NCBI GenBank assembly: GCA_015520565.1
Contig: WAPW01000045.1
Location: 1-61,749 of the forward strand
DNA length: 61,749 nt
Direction: 5' to 3'
DNA from: Aciduliprofundum sp.
GTDB lineage: Archaea; Thermoplasmatota; Thermoplasmata; Thermoplasmatales; Aciduliprofundaceae
Shown here: one piece after another, positions 30,230 to 40,322 of the stretch
Layout: every line of letters starts with the position of its first letter
Position numbering within the stretch: the first letter of the stretch is position 1
The notes under the pieces: model-generated
Databases searched by the model: none
Seen by the model: only the letters and a program-made list of their open reading frames with translations
What the model was told of the DNA's origin: nothing
Made by a program: the position numbers and the translations under genes

Positions 30230-30940
30230 TCAATCCCTTTCAATGAGTATGTTAATGAAATGCGTTAAATGCTGTGCTAATGCAGGATTATCTGTGTATC
30301 CGCACGCATTTAGTTCGGGGGATGCGAGCAAAGCACTTTTGTTATCGCATACTATATCCGTTGCCATAAGTCCTGTTTTTCTATACACAATCGCACCTTT
30401 TGGCACCCTTTGAGTTGGATGAGTGACTATTATTATCCTTACTCCTCTATTTAATGCTCTTTCTATATTCTTCTCAACAAATTTTCTAAGCTCTGAGAGT
30501 TTCGGGGTAGATATTATGATTTCATTCTCAGCCAAGTCAATCATCTCTGCTATTTTTCTCATGACCTTCTCTTTACCGTAAACTGTGTACACAAGTTGTG
30601 GCTCCCCCTTCTCTAAGAATATACTTTCAACAAATTCAAGTTTTTCAAATAATTCATTTATCTCTCCTATTATTCTATTTTTGAGGGTTTTAAGATGCTC
30701 AGGTTTGTACATTTTTGGTCTTCCCTCTGAGGATATGATAAACCCTTTTTGTTCAAGGGAATCAAGAACTTTGTATGCGGATGTCCTCGGAATTTTTGCA
30801 TTTTTGGCAATAACATCAGCTGAACCAACTCCAAGCATGATAAGTGCTAAGAATGCCTTAATTTCATATTGGGATAATCCGAGCTTTTCCAAGCTCTCTA
30901 CTATTTTGTTGTATTCCTCTAGAGCAGAGTTGAAATCCAT
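30230..30940 (-). CDS. TrmB-family transcriptional regulator
   Basis: LGLSQYEIKAF, IPRTSAYKVLDSLEQKG, GRPKMY; PLD-like effector domain. Confidence 0.88.
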   Translation of the reverse strand: MDFNSALEEYNKIVESLEKLGLSQYEIKAFLALIMLGVGSADVIAKNAKIPRTSAYKVLDSLEQKGFIISSEGRPKMYKPEHLKTLKNRIIGEINELFEKLEFVESIFLEKGEPQLVYTVYGKEKVMRKIAEMIDLAENEIIISTPKLSELRKFVEKNIERALNRGVRIIIVTHPTQRVPKGAIVYRKTGLMATDIVCDNKSALLASPELNACGYTDNPALAQHLTHFINILIERD

Positions 30941-30986
30941 GATACCAAATAGTCAAACATATATTTGTGTTCTTCCATTCACCTTT

Positions 30987-31406
30987 ATGCTCAAGTACAT
31001 GTATTTCAGGTGTTTTGCCCATGCAACTGAAGATATAAATAAAGTTAAGAAGGCATTTAGATTTATAACTCAAAAAGATAAGTTTGAAGAGCATAGGGAA
31101 AAGGGGTATTATGGAAATGAAATAATAATACTTGAAACAAAAATAACTAAGAAAAATGAGATAATTGATTTTTGGAAAAGAATGAAAGATTATGGAGTTG
31201 TTGAAGAGATAATGCCCATATTGGATGATATAGTGGAGGAGAATGGTATGCTATATCTTAGGTTTGATAAGCAGCAGGCATTTTTAGAAAAAATAGCATT
31301 AACTACACATGGAGATTCTATAGCCATGCACTCAAAAATTGAGAGTTATCCTATGAAGAAAAATAGAGCTATAGAAAATTTCAAAAAGTTTATAGAGGGA
31401 ATTTAA
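30987..31406 (+). CDS. COG1325-type RNA-binding protein (DUF54-like)
   Basis: AHATED..KV, GYYGNEI, LYLRFDKQ; start moved to ATG 30987 to avoid the antisense overlap with trmB. Confidence 0.8.
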   Translation: MLKYMYFRCFAHATEDINKVKKAFRFITQKDKFEEHREKGYYGNEIIILETKITKKNEIIDFWKRMKDYGVVEEIMPILDDIVEENGMLYLRFDKQQAFLEKIALTTHGDSIAMHSKIESYPMKKNRAIENFKKFIEGI

Positions 31407-32227
31407 GAGGACTCTTCAATCTTTATTACAGTAACCACGAAGTACAAGGTCTTTCCAGCAACCTCTTTGTTGTGATTTATTCTGAACATTGTTGAATTTT
31501 GCCAGTCAATTATTCCCCCATTTGGAAGTAGTATTGGTAACTTCTCTATGTCGTATTTATAAATAATTTTTCCATCTTTTATATTTTCAACATATATCTT
31601 TAGAGTGCTTATGTTCTGATATGGCTGATAGTACTTCCCTATTTGTGGCTCGTTCATTATAGTCACTATGTTGTTTGTAGGATTAATTTGTAGAACTAAG
31701 CAATACCAGCCATGCTCGTTATCTCTATAGATTGCATTATCCAAAGGATTTTGCTGGTTAAATCTCTTTTTGAAATCTTGGAGTGTGAGGTTCTCTACCA
31801 CAGGAATCGTTTGTACAAGAGAATAATTTTGCACTTTTGTCCAATCAAAAGGATACCCCTCACTTGGAGGAACTACTATAGTTTTGGTTTCATTTAGCTT
31901 CATTCCTATAACACCTTTTTCAAATCCCGGAATCATTGTATGATCTCCAACCGTGAAAGTTAAAGGATCAAAATTTCCAGTCCATTTGTAACTCACAGCC
32001 TTTGGATATGTTATATTGTCTTCTGCAACTTCTTTAATATTCGTATCAAATATAACTCTTTCTCCTCCATAGTAAATATATCCGTAGTATTTTACAGAAA
32101 TCTTATCTCCCTGCTTTACTATAGGTACATTTTCAGAGCCATGACTTCCAGTGCTCCACCAATAAGCACTTACTCCAGCAATTATGACTATGATTGTCAC
32201 GATCAATGCGTACACAGATGCTCTCAT
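31403..32227 (-). CDS. Membrane-anchored FKBP-type peptidyl-prolyl isomerase with large flap insertion
   Basis: N-terminal TM; GDKISVKYYG, FDTN, MIPGFEKGVIGM, PPSEGY, NHNKEVAGKTLYFVV. Confidence 0.85.
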   Translation of the reverse strand: MRASVYALIVTIIVIIAGVSAYWWSTGSHGSENVPIVKQGDKISVKYYGYIYYGGERVIFDTNIKEVAEDNITYPKAVSYKWTGNFDPLTFTVGDHTMIPGFEKGVIGMKLNETKTIVVPPSEGYPFDWTKVQNYSLVQTIPVVENLTLQDFKKRFNQQNPLDNAIYRDNEHGWYCLVLQINPTNNIVTIMNEPQIGKYYQPYQNISTLKIYVENIKDGKIIYKYDIEKLPILLPNGGIIDWQNSTMFRINHNKEVAGKTLYFVVTVIKIEESS

Positions 32228-32311
32228 TATAGCGCCTAATGCCCATTCACAATATATAACTTACGCTTTTCTCCAGAAAAAATTAAATCCTAAATAACAA
32301 TCTCCCACCAA

Positions 32312-32396
32312 GCGGGGGTTGCCGAGCCAGGTCAAAGGCGGTGGACTCAAGATCCACTCCCGTAGGGGTTCGCCGGTTCGAATCCGGCCCCCCGCA
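32312..32396 (+). tRNA. tRNA-Leu(CAA)
   Basis: Acceptor GCGGGGG/CCCCCGC; anticodon arm GTGGA-CTCAAGA-TCCAC; long variable arm; TTCGAAT; CCA not encoded. Confidence 0.97.
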
Positions 32397-32400
32397 TTAA

Positions 32401-32673
32401 GCCCCTTTCTTAAGGAGAAAAGTGCTTCACCCCAAAAAAGAAAGGAGCAATTTTAGAAAGGTACCGCAGCCCTGCTTTGGAGGGCGTGCTCGCATCTTCT
32501 ACCGCTCATTTATCCCTCTAAAGAATTTTTTAAAAAAATAGGGAAGGGTTTAGAAAGGGGAAATGAGCAAATCCAATGGATTTGTGAACCAGCCCTGTTT
32601 TGCAGGGCGCTGCTTGGTGCCCCTTCTTAAGAAACTCGCTGGTGGTTCCTGAGAAAAGGTTTTCATCCCAAAG
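32401..32673. repeat. Imperfect short repeats/hairpins downstream of tRNA-Leu
   Basis: CAGCCCTGCTTTGGAGGGCGTGCT (32467) vs CAGCCCTGTTTTGCAGGGCGCTGCT (32590); GCCCCTTTCTTAAG (32401) vs GCCCCTTCTTAAG (32619). Confidence 0.45.
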
Positions 32674-32825
32674 AATAAATTTTAAATTTGTTTGAGGATG
32701 TAAAGCATCTGAAGTTTTTAACTTCAAGATTTTTAGCCTTGCTGCAAGGGCATTTACATTTTGCACTTAAATTTGGCAAATGATTTAATAAATCAAAGAA
32801 ATACTCCGATGTTTAGGTGATTTGA

Positions 32826-34307
32826 ATGTACAAGGTTATAATAATAGGCGCAGGAATCTCAGGAATGAGTATAGCGAGAGAGTTAAGCAAGTATGAAAAT
32901 TTGAAGATAATAGTGGTAGAGAGAAAATCGGATGTTGGTTGGGGTGTAAGCAAGGCAAATACAGCTTTAATTCATGGAGGTTATGATGATGATCCTGATT
33001 TATACCCAGTTAGAGCTAAACTTTGCGCTAGGGGAAATGATATATGGAGAAAATGGGTTAAAGAGCTTCAAATTCCTTCTGTTTGGAATGGGGCTTTGGT
33101 AATTGCCAAGAATGATGAAGAGATGAAAGAGCTTGAAATTCTTCTAAAAAGAGGAGAGAGAAATGGAGTTAATGGCATGCGAATAATATCCAAGGAAGAG
33201 CTTTTGAAAATGGAGCCCAATTTATCTCCTGATTCCCAAGGTGCTCTATGGATTCCCAGTGTTGGGCAGATAGCTCCAATCCCAGCAGTTGTTGCTTTGG
33301 CGGAGAATGCTGTTGATAATGGAGTAAAAATAATTTTTGATTCTCCCGTAGAAAAAATAAAAGTTAAAGATGGAAAGGTTAAAGGTGTGAGAGTTTCCAA
33401 TGGTTTTATTGAAGGAGATATAATAATTAACGCAGCTGGCTTGTATGCAGATGAAATATCTAAAATGGCGGGTTTAGATTATTTCACTATTCATCCTAGG
33501 AAAGGAGAGTATTGGTTATTTGATGATACTGCAGGACCAAAGCCGAAGCATGTGTTATTTCCTGCACCAACTAAGAAGACAAAGGGAGTTGTTGTAACTA
33601 CGGAGGTCTCCGGGCACCTTATGATAGGCCCAAATGCTAAGGACCAAGATGATAAGGAAGATTTGGCCAATACGAAAGAAGGGCTTGAAGAGGTATGGAA
33701 CAAAGCTAAGCTTATATGGCCCAAATTACCCCCTCGGAGTAAGGTGATAAGAACCTTTGCAGGATTGAGGCCAGAGACCAAGAAGGCAGATTTTATAATA
33801 AAAGCGGAGGAAGTTTATGGATTCATAAATGTTGCAGGTATACGCTCTCCGGGATTGACAGCTGCACCCGCCATTGCCATGGAAGTAAAGGAGATAATTG
33901 AAAGAGATTTGGGAATTAAATTGAAAAAGAAGAATAAATGGAAGCCGTATAGAAAAGAGATCACACATTTCTTCATGCTCTCTCCCCAGCAGATAAGGGA
34001 GAAAATAAGGGAGAATAATGCATACGGAAAAATTGTATGCAAATGTAATAAAGTTAGTGAGGGAGATATTCTTGAAGCTATAGAAAGAATGAAGAAAATA
34101 GGGATAAAAGTGCCAAGCATAGATTCAATAAAGTTCAGAACTAAAGCTACAACGGGCACTTGTCAAGGTAGTTTTTGCAGGGTAAAGATAGCGGTCATTC
34201 TTGCTCGAGAATACAATATACCTCTCTGGAAAGTCACCCTAAAGGGTAGGGGAAGCGAGATAGGAGTGGGGGATGTGAAAAGTCTTCTTCGGGAGGTGGA
34301 GGCATGA
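32826..34307 (+). CDS. FAD-dependent oxidoreductase, glycerol-3-phosphate dehydrogenase-like, with BFD-like Fe-S domain
   Basis: IIGAGISG, SKANTALIHGG, FAGLRP, SPGLTAAPA, VCKC...GTCQGSFC. Confidence 0.85.
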   Translation: MYKVIIIGAGISGMSIARELSKYENLKIIVVERKSDVGWGVSKANTALIHGGYDDDPDLYPVRAKLCARGNDIWRKWVKELQIPSVWNGALVIAKNDEEMKELEILLKRGERNGVNGMRIISKEELLKMEPNLSPDSQGALWIPSVGQIAPIPAVVALAENAVDNGVKIIFDSPVEKIKVKDGKVKGVRVSNGFIEGDIIINAAGLYADEISKMAGLDYFTIHPRKGEYWLFDDTAGPKPKHVLFPAPTKKTKGVVVTTEVSGHLMIGPNAKDQDDKEDLANTKEGLEEVWNKAKLIWPKLPPRSKVIRTFAGLRPETKKADFIIKAEEVYGFINVAGIRSPGLTAAPAIAMEVKEIIERDLGIKLKKKNKWKPYRKEITHFFMLSPQQIREKIRENNAYGKIVCKCNKVSEGDILEAIERMKKIGIKVPSIDSIKFRTKATTGTCQGSFCRVKIAVILAREYNIPLWKVTLKGRGSEIGVGDVKSLLREVEA

Positions 34308-35533
34308 TTTACGATACCGTAGTAATCGGAGGTGGACCCGCAGGCCTTGCCGCATCTATAAAAGCGAGAGAAGAGGGCCTCAATGTTTTACTTTTGGATG
34401 AGAAGGATTATTTAGGCGGGATACTGCCCCAATGTATACATCCAGGATTTGGACTACATTATTTCAAGGAGGATTTGACGGGTCCGGAGTTTGCCCATAG
34501 ATTAATCGAGAAGCTTGAGGATATGGGTGTGGAGAAACGATTAACCGCAACGGTGCTGGATATAACCGTAGAAGGGGATAAAAAGAAGGTGAAATATGTA
34601 TCCCCTGAAGGATTGGAATCTGTGGCTACCAAGAGCATCATATATGCCTCTGGGGCCAGGGAGAGACATAGATTCGAGTTGGGTATTGTGGGCGATAGGG
34701 TGGCAGGGATATTTACAGCTGGAGAGGCCCAGACCCTAATGGACATATATGGAGTTATGCCCGGGAAAGAGGTAGTTATAGTTGGCTCTGGAGATGTTGG
34801 CCTCATAATGGCTAGGAGGTTTGCCCTGGAAGGTGCAAGGGTGAAGGCTGTTGTGGAGCTAATGCCCTATCCAGGTGGTCTGGCAAGGAACATTGTTCAA
34901 TGTCTCCAGGATTTTTCAATTCCCTTGTATCTATCCCATAGGGTTCTGGAAATAAGGGGGAGAAAAAGGGTTGAGGGTGTGAAAATAGCCAAGGTAGATG
35001 ATAATTTGGAGTCCTTACCGGGCACTGAATTTGATATGCCCTGTGATACTGTAATTATATCCGCGGGGCTAATACCCAGGATTAAATTATTGAAAAAACT
35101 GGGAGTGGAGATGGATGCTAACACTGGAGGTCCTATGGTGGATGAAAATCTTGAGACAAGTATTTCAGGCATTTTTGTTGCAGGAAATGCCCTTTTAATC
35201 AATGACTTGGTGGATTATGTGGTGGAACAGGGAGAAATAGCAGCCTTGTCTGCAAAGAAGTATGTGGAAGGCTCATTACAGCCATCCCGCAGAATAAGGA
35301 TAAGGGCGGAGGGAAATCTGCGATTTGTGGTACCACAATATGTAAGCGGGAAAAGGGATGTTATCCTTTATGGAAGGGTAAAAAAGCCGCAGGAGGGCGC
35401 CATTTTTAAATTCAGGGAGATCGGAGAGGAAAGAAGATATCCAGTTGTGAAACCCTCTGAGATGTTCAAAATAAAGCTCAGAGTAGAAAGAATTCCCTCC
35501 AATATAAGGGAACTGACCTTGGAGGTGAAGTAA
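34304..35533 (+). CDS. NAD(P)/FAD-dependent oxidoreductase (partner subunit)
   Basis: GGGPAG, GGILPQCIH, GSGDVGLIMARR, GIFVAGN. Confidence 0.87.
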   Translation: MIYDTVVIGGGPAGLAASIKAREEGLNVLLLDEKDYLGGILPQCIHPGFGLHYFKEDLTGPEFAHRLIEKLEDMGVEKRLTATVLDITVEGDKKKVKYVSPEGLESVATKSIIYASGARERHRFELGIVGDRVAGIFTAGEAQTLMDIYGVMPGKEVVIVGSGDVGLIMARRFALEGARVKAVVELMPYPGGLARNIVQCLQDFSIPLYLSHRVLEIRGRKRVEGVKIAKVDDNLESLPGTEFDMPCDTVIISAGLIPRIKLLKKLGVEMDANTGGPMVDENLETSISGIFVAGNALLINDLVDYVVEQGEIAALSAKKYVEGSLQPSRRIRIRAEGNLRFVVPQYVSGKRDVILYGRVKKPQEGAIFKFREIGEERRYPVVKPSEMFKIKLRVERIPSNIRELTLEVK

Positions 35534-35898
35534 TGTCCAAAATCTACAGATTTACCTGTATAGTGTGTCCGTTAGGTTGTTATGTGGAGGCCGAATTGGA
35601 AGGAGAAAATCTGAAAATTCAGGGATGTAAATGCCCAAGGGGTGAGGAATGGGTACGCAGTGAGATTTTTGAGCCAAAGAGAGTATTGATGAGTGTCATC
35701 AAGGTTAAAAATGGTGTGTATCCTGTTGTATCTGTAAAAACAGATAGGCCTGTACCCAAGGATAGAATTTCCCAGATTATGAGATTCCTATCCAATTTGG
35801 AAATATCTGCACCTGTGAAGATTGGGCAAGTTATTGTGGAAAATGTTTTAGATACCGGTGCAAACATTGTTGCAACCAAGGATGTTGAGAAGAAATAA
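35533..35898 (+). CDS. DUF1667-type small Cys-rich protein
   Basis: CIVCPLGC...GCKCPRG; third gene of the conserved G3PDH-like triad. Confidence 0.85.
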   Translation: MSKIYRFTCIVCPLGCYVEAELEGENLKIQGCKCPRGEEWVRSEIFEPKRVLMSVIKVKNGVYPVVSVKTDRPVPKDRISQIMRFLSNLEISAPVKIGQVIVENVLDTGANIVATKDVEKK

Positions 35899-35926
35899 AT
35901 ATGAATTACCTCATGCTCCTTTGGCG

Positions 35927-37789
35927 ATGAATATGAAATGGAAAGAAGATACATTTACAAAATTTTCCTACCTTCAAGATGTAGATATAACTAGCGATGG
36001 CTCTTTGGTTGCCTATGTTCTAAGAAAGGCGAATATGAAGGAAAACAAATATGAGAATACCATAGTCATAGAGGAGCTTGCAGGTGGAAAGAGAAGGTAT
36101 GTGGAAGATGCCTCAATGCCCAAATTCTCTCCAGATGGTAAAAAGATGCTCTATTTGCGCGTGGATGAAGAGAAAAAGAAGAGCGATTTGTACCTACTGG
36201 AACTTGAGAGTATGACATCCAAGAGATTGATAGAAGCGAAGAATATAATTGGTATGGATTGGCATAGCGATTCTAGAAAAATCCTAATTTTGTACTCTAA
36301 GAAGCTGGAGGATGAAGATTTATATTACGATGATTCTGTGCCAGTATGGTTCAATGGAAAAGGCTTTAGAGATGGAGAGAAAAATGTAATTCAAATTTAC
36401 GACACTGAGGGAGAAACGGTTATAGAAGAATTTGAAGATAAGTATGTGGAGAATGCTCTGTGGCATGGGGATGAAATAATATACACTATCGCTCGTAGAG
36501 AGAATCCATTCAAATCTTTTGATATCATTGCTTATAAGGGAAAGAAAAGGAAGATTTTTGAGAATGTGCCCTTCTATCCAATTGATTCCAATGATAAGGT
36601 AGTCCTCATGATGGGAAAGAAGGAAATGAAGTATATTTCTGAGCATAGATACTTGATGATATACGATGGAAAAGAATTGAAGGAGATAAGCAACTCTTAT
36701 GGCTTGGAAAATTTTGCAGGTAAATTAGACGATAAGGGCAATGTTTATGCTCTCACTGCTGATGCTGGAAGCGTAGTTCTTGAGAAATTTGAAAATGGAA
36801 ATAAAATTAGAATTGCAGGGAATGATTCCTATATTTACTCATTTGCAGTGAGTTCTGATGGAAAAATTGCATTTTTGATGATGAATGACACATCTTTGGG
36901 GGAGCTGTACATATTTGATGGAAAATTGAAGAAATTAACCTCATACAATTCTGAGATTTTGAAGAAGTTAAAGCCAAGGAAGCACATACACTTCAAATAC
37001 AAGAGCTTTGATGGAAAAGAGCTTGATGGATGGTACATAAAGCCGAGAGGAGCAGGAAAGAGAAAATTGCCAGCTATTTTGTTCGTGCATGGAGGGCCAA
37101 AGGGAATGTATGGCCATTATTTTCATTATACAGCCCAACTTATGGCAGATATGGGGTTCTATGTGATTTTCACAAATCCCCGTGGCTCCTCTGGCTATTC
37201 GGAAGAGTTTGCCTTAGAAGTTCTTAATCGCACCGGTTTAGAGGATTTCCAAGATATTCTTGCAGGATTAGAGTGGGTAATAAAGAATGAAAATGTAGAT
37301 GAGGAGAGATTGGGAATAACGGGAATAAGCTATGGGGGATACATGACAAATTGGGCTATCACGCAAACAGATAAATTCAAAGTGGCCATAAGCGAGAATG
37401 GAATATCTTATTGGCTAACCTCTTACGCATTTTCGGACATAGGGCTATGGTTTGATAAGGAGGTCATAGGTGATAATCCTTTAGAGAATGAGAATTATAG
37501 AAAATTAAGCCCGTTGTTCTATGCAGATGCAGTCAAAACTCCCGTGCTATTCATCCATAGCTTGGAAGATTACCGCTGCCCTCTTGACCAGAGTTTGATG
37601 TTCTACCATGTTCTAAAATCCTTGGGAAAGGAGGCGTACATAGTTATTTTCAAGCAGGGAGAGCATGGGCACAGCATTCGTGGCAAGCCAAGGCATAGAA
37701 GCAAGAGATACAAGCTCTTCGTGGATTTCTTCGTTAAAAAATTGAAGGAGGGTAAAGAGTTCAAGATAGAGGAAATTTTGAAAAAGTAA
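35927..37789 (+). CDS. S9 family peptidase (acylaminoacyl / prolyl oligopeptidase)
   Basis: Beta-propeller N-terminus; HGGP, GISYGG, DYRC, GEHGH; start adjusted. Confidence 0.92.
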   Translation: MNMKWKEDTFTKFSYLQDVDITSDGSLVAYVLRKANMKENKYENTIVIEELAGGKRRYVEDASMPKFSPDGKKMLYLRVDEEKKKSDLYLLELESMTSKRLIEAKNIIGMDWHSDSRKILILYSKKLEDEDLYYDDSVPVWFNGKGFRDGEKNVIQIYDTEGETVIEEFEDKYVENALWHGDEIIYTIARRENPFKSFDIIAYKGKKRKIFENVPFYPIDSNDKVVLMMGKKEMKYISEHRYLMIYDGKELKEISNSYGLENFAGKLDDKGNVYALTADAGSVVLEKFENGNKIRIAGNDSYIYSFAVSSDGKIAFLMMNDTSLGELYIFDGKLKKLTSYNSEILKKLKPRKHIHFKYKSFDGKELDGWYIKPRGAGKRKLPAILFVHGGPKGMYGHYFHYTAQLMADMGFYVIFTNPRGSSGYSEEFALEVLNRTGLEDFQDILAGLEWVIKNENVDEERLGITGISYGGYMTNWAITQTDKFKVAISENGISYWLTSYAFSDIGLWFDKEVIGDNPLENENYRKLSPLFYADAVKTPVLFIHSLEDYRCPLDQSLMFYHVLKSLGKEAYIVIFKQGEHGHSIRGKPRHRSKRYKLFVDFFVKKLKEGKEFKIEEILKK

Positions 37790-37821
37790 AGCTTATATTC
37801 CTCGCAATTTTTCCTATTTTT

Positions 37822-38058
37822 ATGATATTTGTTATGTTTGCCACGGCAAATCCAGAGAGATTCGCCGATTTATTCCATTTGGTGCGCAATATGAATGTTC
37901 CAGAAGGCATAAAGGTTTGCGAGAAGCTTGAAATTTTTGGAAAGCCAGATGTTGTTCTTGTTTTTGAAGCGCCCAACGAGGAGCTGGCAGCAAAGTTTAT
38001 AGAGCAGTTTGGGAGGGTAAGCACTGTAACTACTCATCTTGCTATGAAGGTGAAGTAA
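37822..38058 (+). CDS. Small ferredoxin-fold protein (Lrp/AsnC ligand-binding or GYD-like)
   Basis: IFGKPDVVLVFEAPNEELA pattern; abuts yjbQ. Confidence 0.55.
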   Translation: MIFVMFATANPERFADLFHLVRNMNVPEGIKVCEKLEIFGKPDVVLVFEAPNEELAAKFIEQFGRVSTVTTHLAMKVK

Positions 38059-38475
38059 ATGAACTATTATGAAGAGATAAATTTGAGCACTGCTGGAGAA
38101 GTGGATATAATTGATATAACAGGAATGGTGCAAAGCGTTGTAGATAGATCAGGAATAAAGAATGGAATAGCTTTAGTTTTTGTAATCGGCTCAACGGGAG
38201 CAGTGACTACTATAGAATATGAGCCAGGATTGAAGAAAGACCTTCCAGCAGCGTTAGAGCGCCTGTTTCCCAAGAACATAAATTACGAGCATGAAAAGAC
38301 ATGGCACGATGGAAATGGACACTCGCACATAAGGGCATCTTTCTTAAAACCAGATTTGTGTGTGCCCATTGTAGATGGAAACTTGGTTCTTGGCACTTGG
38401 CAGCAAATAGTGTTTGTGGAACTGGATGTTAGAAGGAGGCACAGACGCGTTGCTGTGCAAATTGTAGGAGATTAA
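38059..38475 (+). CDS. yjbQ: YjbQ/UPF0047 family protein
   Basis: IIDIT, GNGHSHIRAS, LGTWQQIVFVELD. Confidence 0.92.
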   Translation: MNYYEEINLSTAGEVDIIDITGMVQSVVDRSGIKNGIALVFVIGSTGAVTTIEYEPGLKKDLPAALERLFPKNINYEHEKTWHDGNGHSHIRASFLKPDLCVPIVDGNLVLGTWQQIVFVELDVRRRHRRVAVQIVGD

Positions 38476-39017
38476 GCTTTTTTCACTATTTTCCTTAATT
38501 TTTCAAGATCCTCCTCGCTAATCTTCAAAAGCACAAGCACAAGGGCTAGCTTTCTCAATATTCCCCAATCCACATCCTTTTCCAATTTTTCTATATCTTT
38601 AATTGACAACTCATCCAAATGGATGAGGAGATCAAATAATGAATCAACATCTTTGACCTCATACCCTAACGAGTTTAAAGTATCGGCTAAAATCTCAACC
38701 CTCTTTTTGTTCATCTTCTTTATAGCTTCATCCTTCGCGTATGTTTCTGGAGCTAAAAATATGGTTTTTACCGTCCTCCCATATATTTTCTCTGGCACAT
38801 TGTGAATTTTTCTCTCTCCAGTCACCTTCACAAAGCCCGCATTCTCTAATTTCTTTATGTGCCTAAATATTGTTGAAACATCCTTATTCAAGATGGATGC
38901 CAGTTCTGAAATTGTCATATCCCTAAACTTCAAAAGCCTGAGAATTTTTGTTCTTGTGTCTTCAATTATGATTTTTATCTTATCTGGGTCATCAACGATT
39001 TCAATCTCTTTCATCAA
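38472..39017 (-). CDS. ArsR-like winged-helix transcriptional regulator
   Basis: TRTKILRLL...MTISELA...STIFRHIKKLENAGFV...EKIYGR. Confidence 0.85.
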   Translation of the reverse strand: MMKEIEIVDDPDKIKIIIEDTRTKILRLLKFRDMTISELASILNKDVSTIFRHIKKLENAGFVKVTGERKIHNVPEKIYGRTVKTIFLAPETYAKDEAIKKMNKKRVEILADTLNSLGYEVKDVDSLFDLLIHLDELSIKDIEKLEKDVDWGILRKLALVLVLLKISEEDLEKLRKIVKKA

Positions 39018-39049
39018 AAGTTGTATGAACTTAAATGATTTATATTTTT

Positions 39050-39775
39050 CTAAAAATTTGCTAAGTAGAAATATATGTACTTGCTGAAGAAATTGGCTGC
39101 AAAAAATTTCTTTGCATTCTTCTTAAATTCAACCTTTTTGAATGGAAAATCATATTCAACATCCATAAGTACAAGCGGCTCAGGCGGAGCAATTCCAAAG
39201 TTCTTGCGAATGGTGAATATCTCCTCTCCAAAATTCTTGCCGAGAGAGTATGCTTCCATAGCTGCTACAATCCTCCTTATTAAATTCCACAGATAATTTC
39301 TGGCGTAAAAATCTATTTTAATTATTTTTCCCTCTTTTTTCACATCAATTTTATTTATCTCAATTATTGTATTTTTTCTAGCCCTTGTGAAATTGTGAAA
39401 ATCATGCTCACCTTGAAATATCGTTGCTGCTTCTCTCAATCTCTCCAAATCATATCCCAAATCAATTAAATGGTACCTGTACCATCTCATACTTGCATAT
39501 CTTGGATTTGTATCCACATCTGCAAAAGAGTGAAAGTAAATGTGCTTTAAACTCGCATTTAACCTTCCTATAATTTCTCTTCCATCCATATTCGTTTTTA
39601 TCCATATCACATTTCCTAAGGCACTTACGCCCCTATCTGTGCGCGATGCACTTTTCAAATTTTTTATTCCCATGGTATTAAGTGCCCTTAAAATTTCTCC
39701 TTCAACAGTTGGCACATCCTTCTGCCTTTGATATCCGTAGAACTTTGTACCATCGTAAGCGAATTTTAGGAGCAT
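39050..39775 (-). CDS. truA: tRNA pseudouridine(38-40) synthase
   Basis: AYDGTKFYGYQRQ, ASRTDRGVSA, GEHDF, LWNLIRRIV. Confidence 0.93.
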   Translation of the reverse strand: MLLKFAYDGTKFYGYQRQKDVPTVEGEILRALNTMGIKNLKSASRTDRGVSALGNVIWIKTNMDGREIIGRLNASLKHIYFHSFADVDTNPRYASMRWYRYHLIDLGYDLERLREAATIFQGEHDFHNFTRARKNTIIEINKIDVKKEGKIIKIDFYARNYLWNLIRRIVAAMEAYSLGKNFGEEIFTIRKNFGIAPPEPLVLMDVEYDFPFKKVEFKKNAKKFFAANFFSKYIYFYLANF

Positions 39776-39821
39776 GGATGAATATCGTTATCTTTTTAAT
39801 AATCATTTGCCATTATGCCCT

Positions 39822-40322
39822 ATGCAACAGCTATGGGCACCTTGGAGAATTGAGTATGTGCGTATGGAAAAAATGGATGAATGCATATTTTGCAAATTGC
39901 CTAAGGGGGATGATGAGGAAAATCTAATTCTTTATCGTGGCAAGTATGCTTTTGTGATAATGAACAATTACCCTTACAACCCCGGGCATGTTATGGTTGC
40001 ACCTTATAGGCATGTGGGGGAGGTTGAAGAATTGAGTGAGGAGGAATGGAGAGATATACATTATCTCACAGCACTTATGGTAAAAGTCATAAAAAGGGCT
40101 ATGAATCCTCAGGGCTTTAATATAGGATTGAATCTTGGTAAGGTGGCAGGAGCAGGCGTAGAGGGGCATTTGCATGTTCATATTGTTCCAAGATGGAATG
40201 GGGATACGAATTTTATGCCAGTTATAAGCGATACCAAGGTAATTGTTCAAGGAATAAGGGAGAATTATAGAGAATTGAAAAGAGAAATTGAGAAGCTTAT
40301 TTCTTCTTCAGAACAGCAGTAA
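39822..40322 (+). CDS. HIT family hydrolase (Ap4A phosphorylase/hydrolase-like)
   Basis: LWAPWR, CIFC, YPYNPGH, HLHVHIVPRW; start at MQQLW. Confidence 0.92.
   Translation: MQQLWAPWRIEYVRMEKMDECIFCKLPKGDDEENLILYRGKYAFVIMNNYPYNPGHVMVAPYRHVGEVEELSEEEWRDIHYLTALMVKVIKRAMNPQGFNIGLNLGKVAGAGVEGHLHVHIVPRWNGDTNFMPVISDTKVIVQGIRENYRELKREIEKLISSSEQQ

Noticed and set aside
32530-32766. 78-aa minus-strand ORF in the tRNA-Leu intergenic region
   Set aside because: No recognisable motif and atypical composition; overlaps the repeat-like DNA
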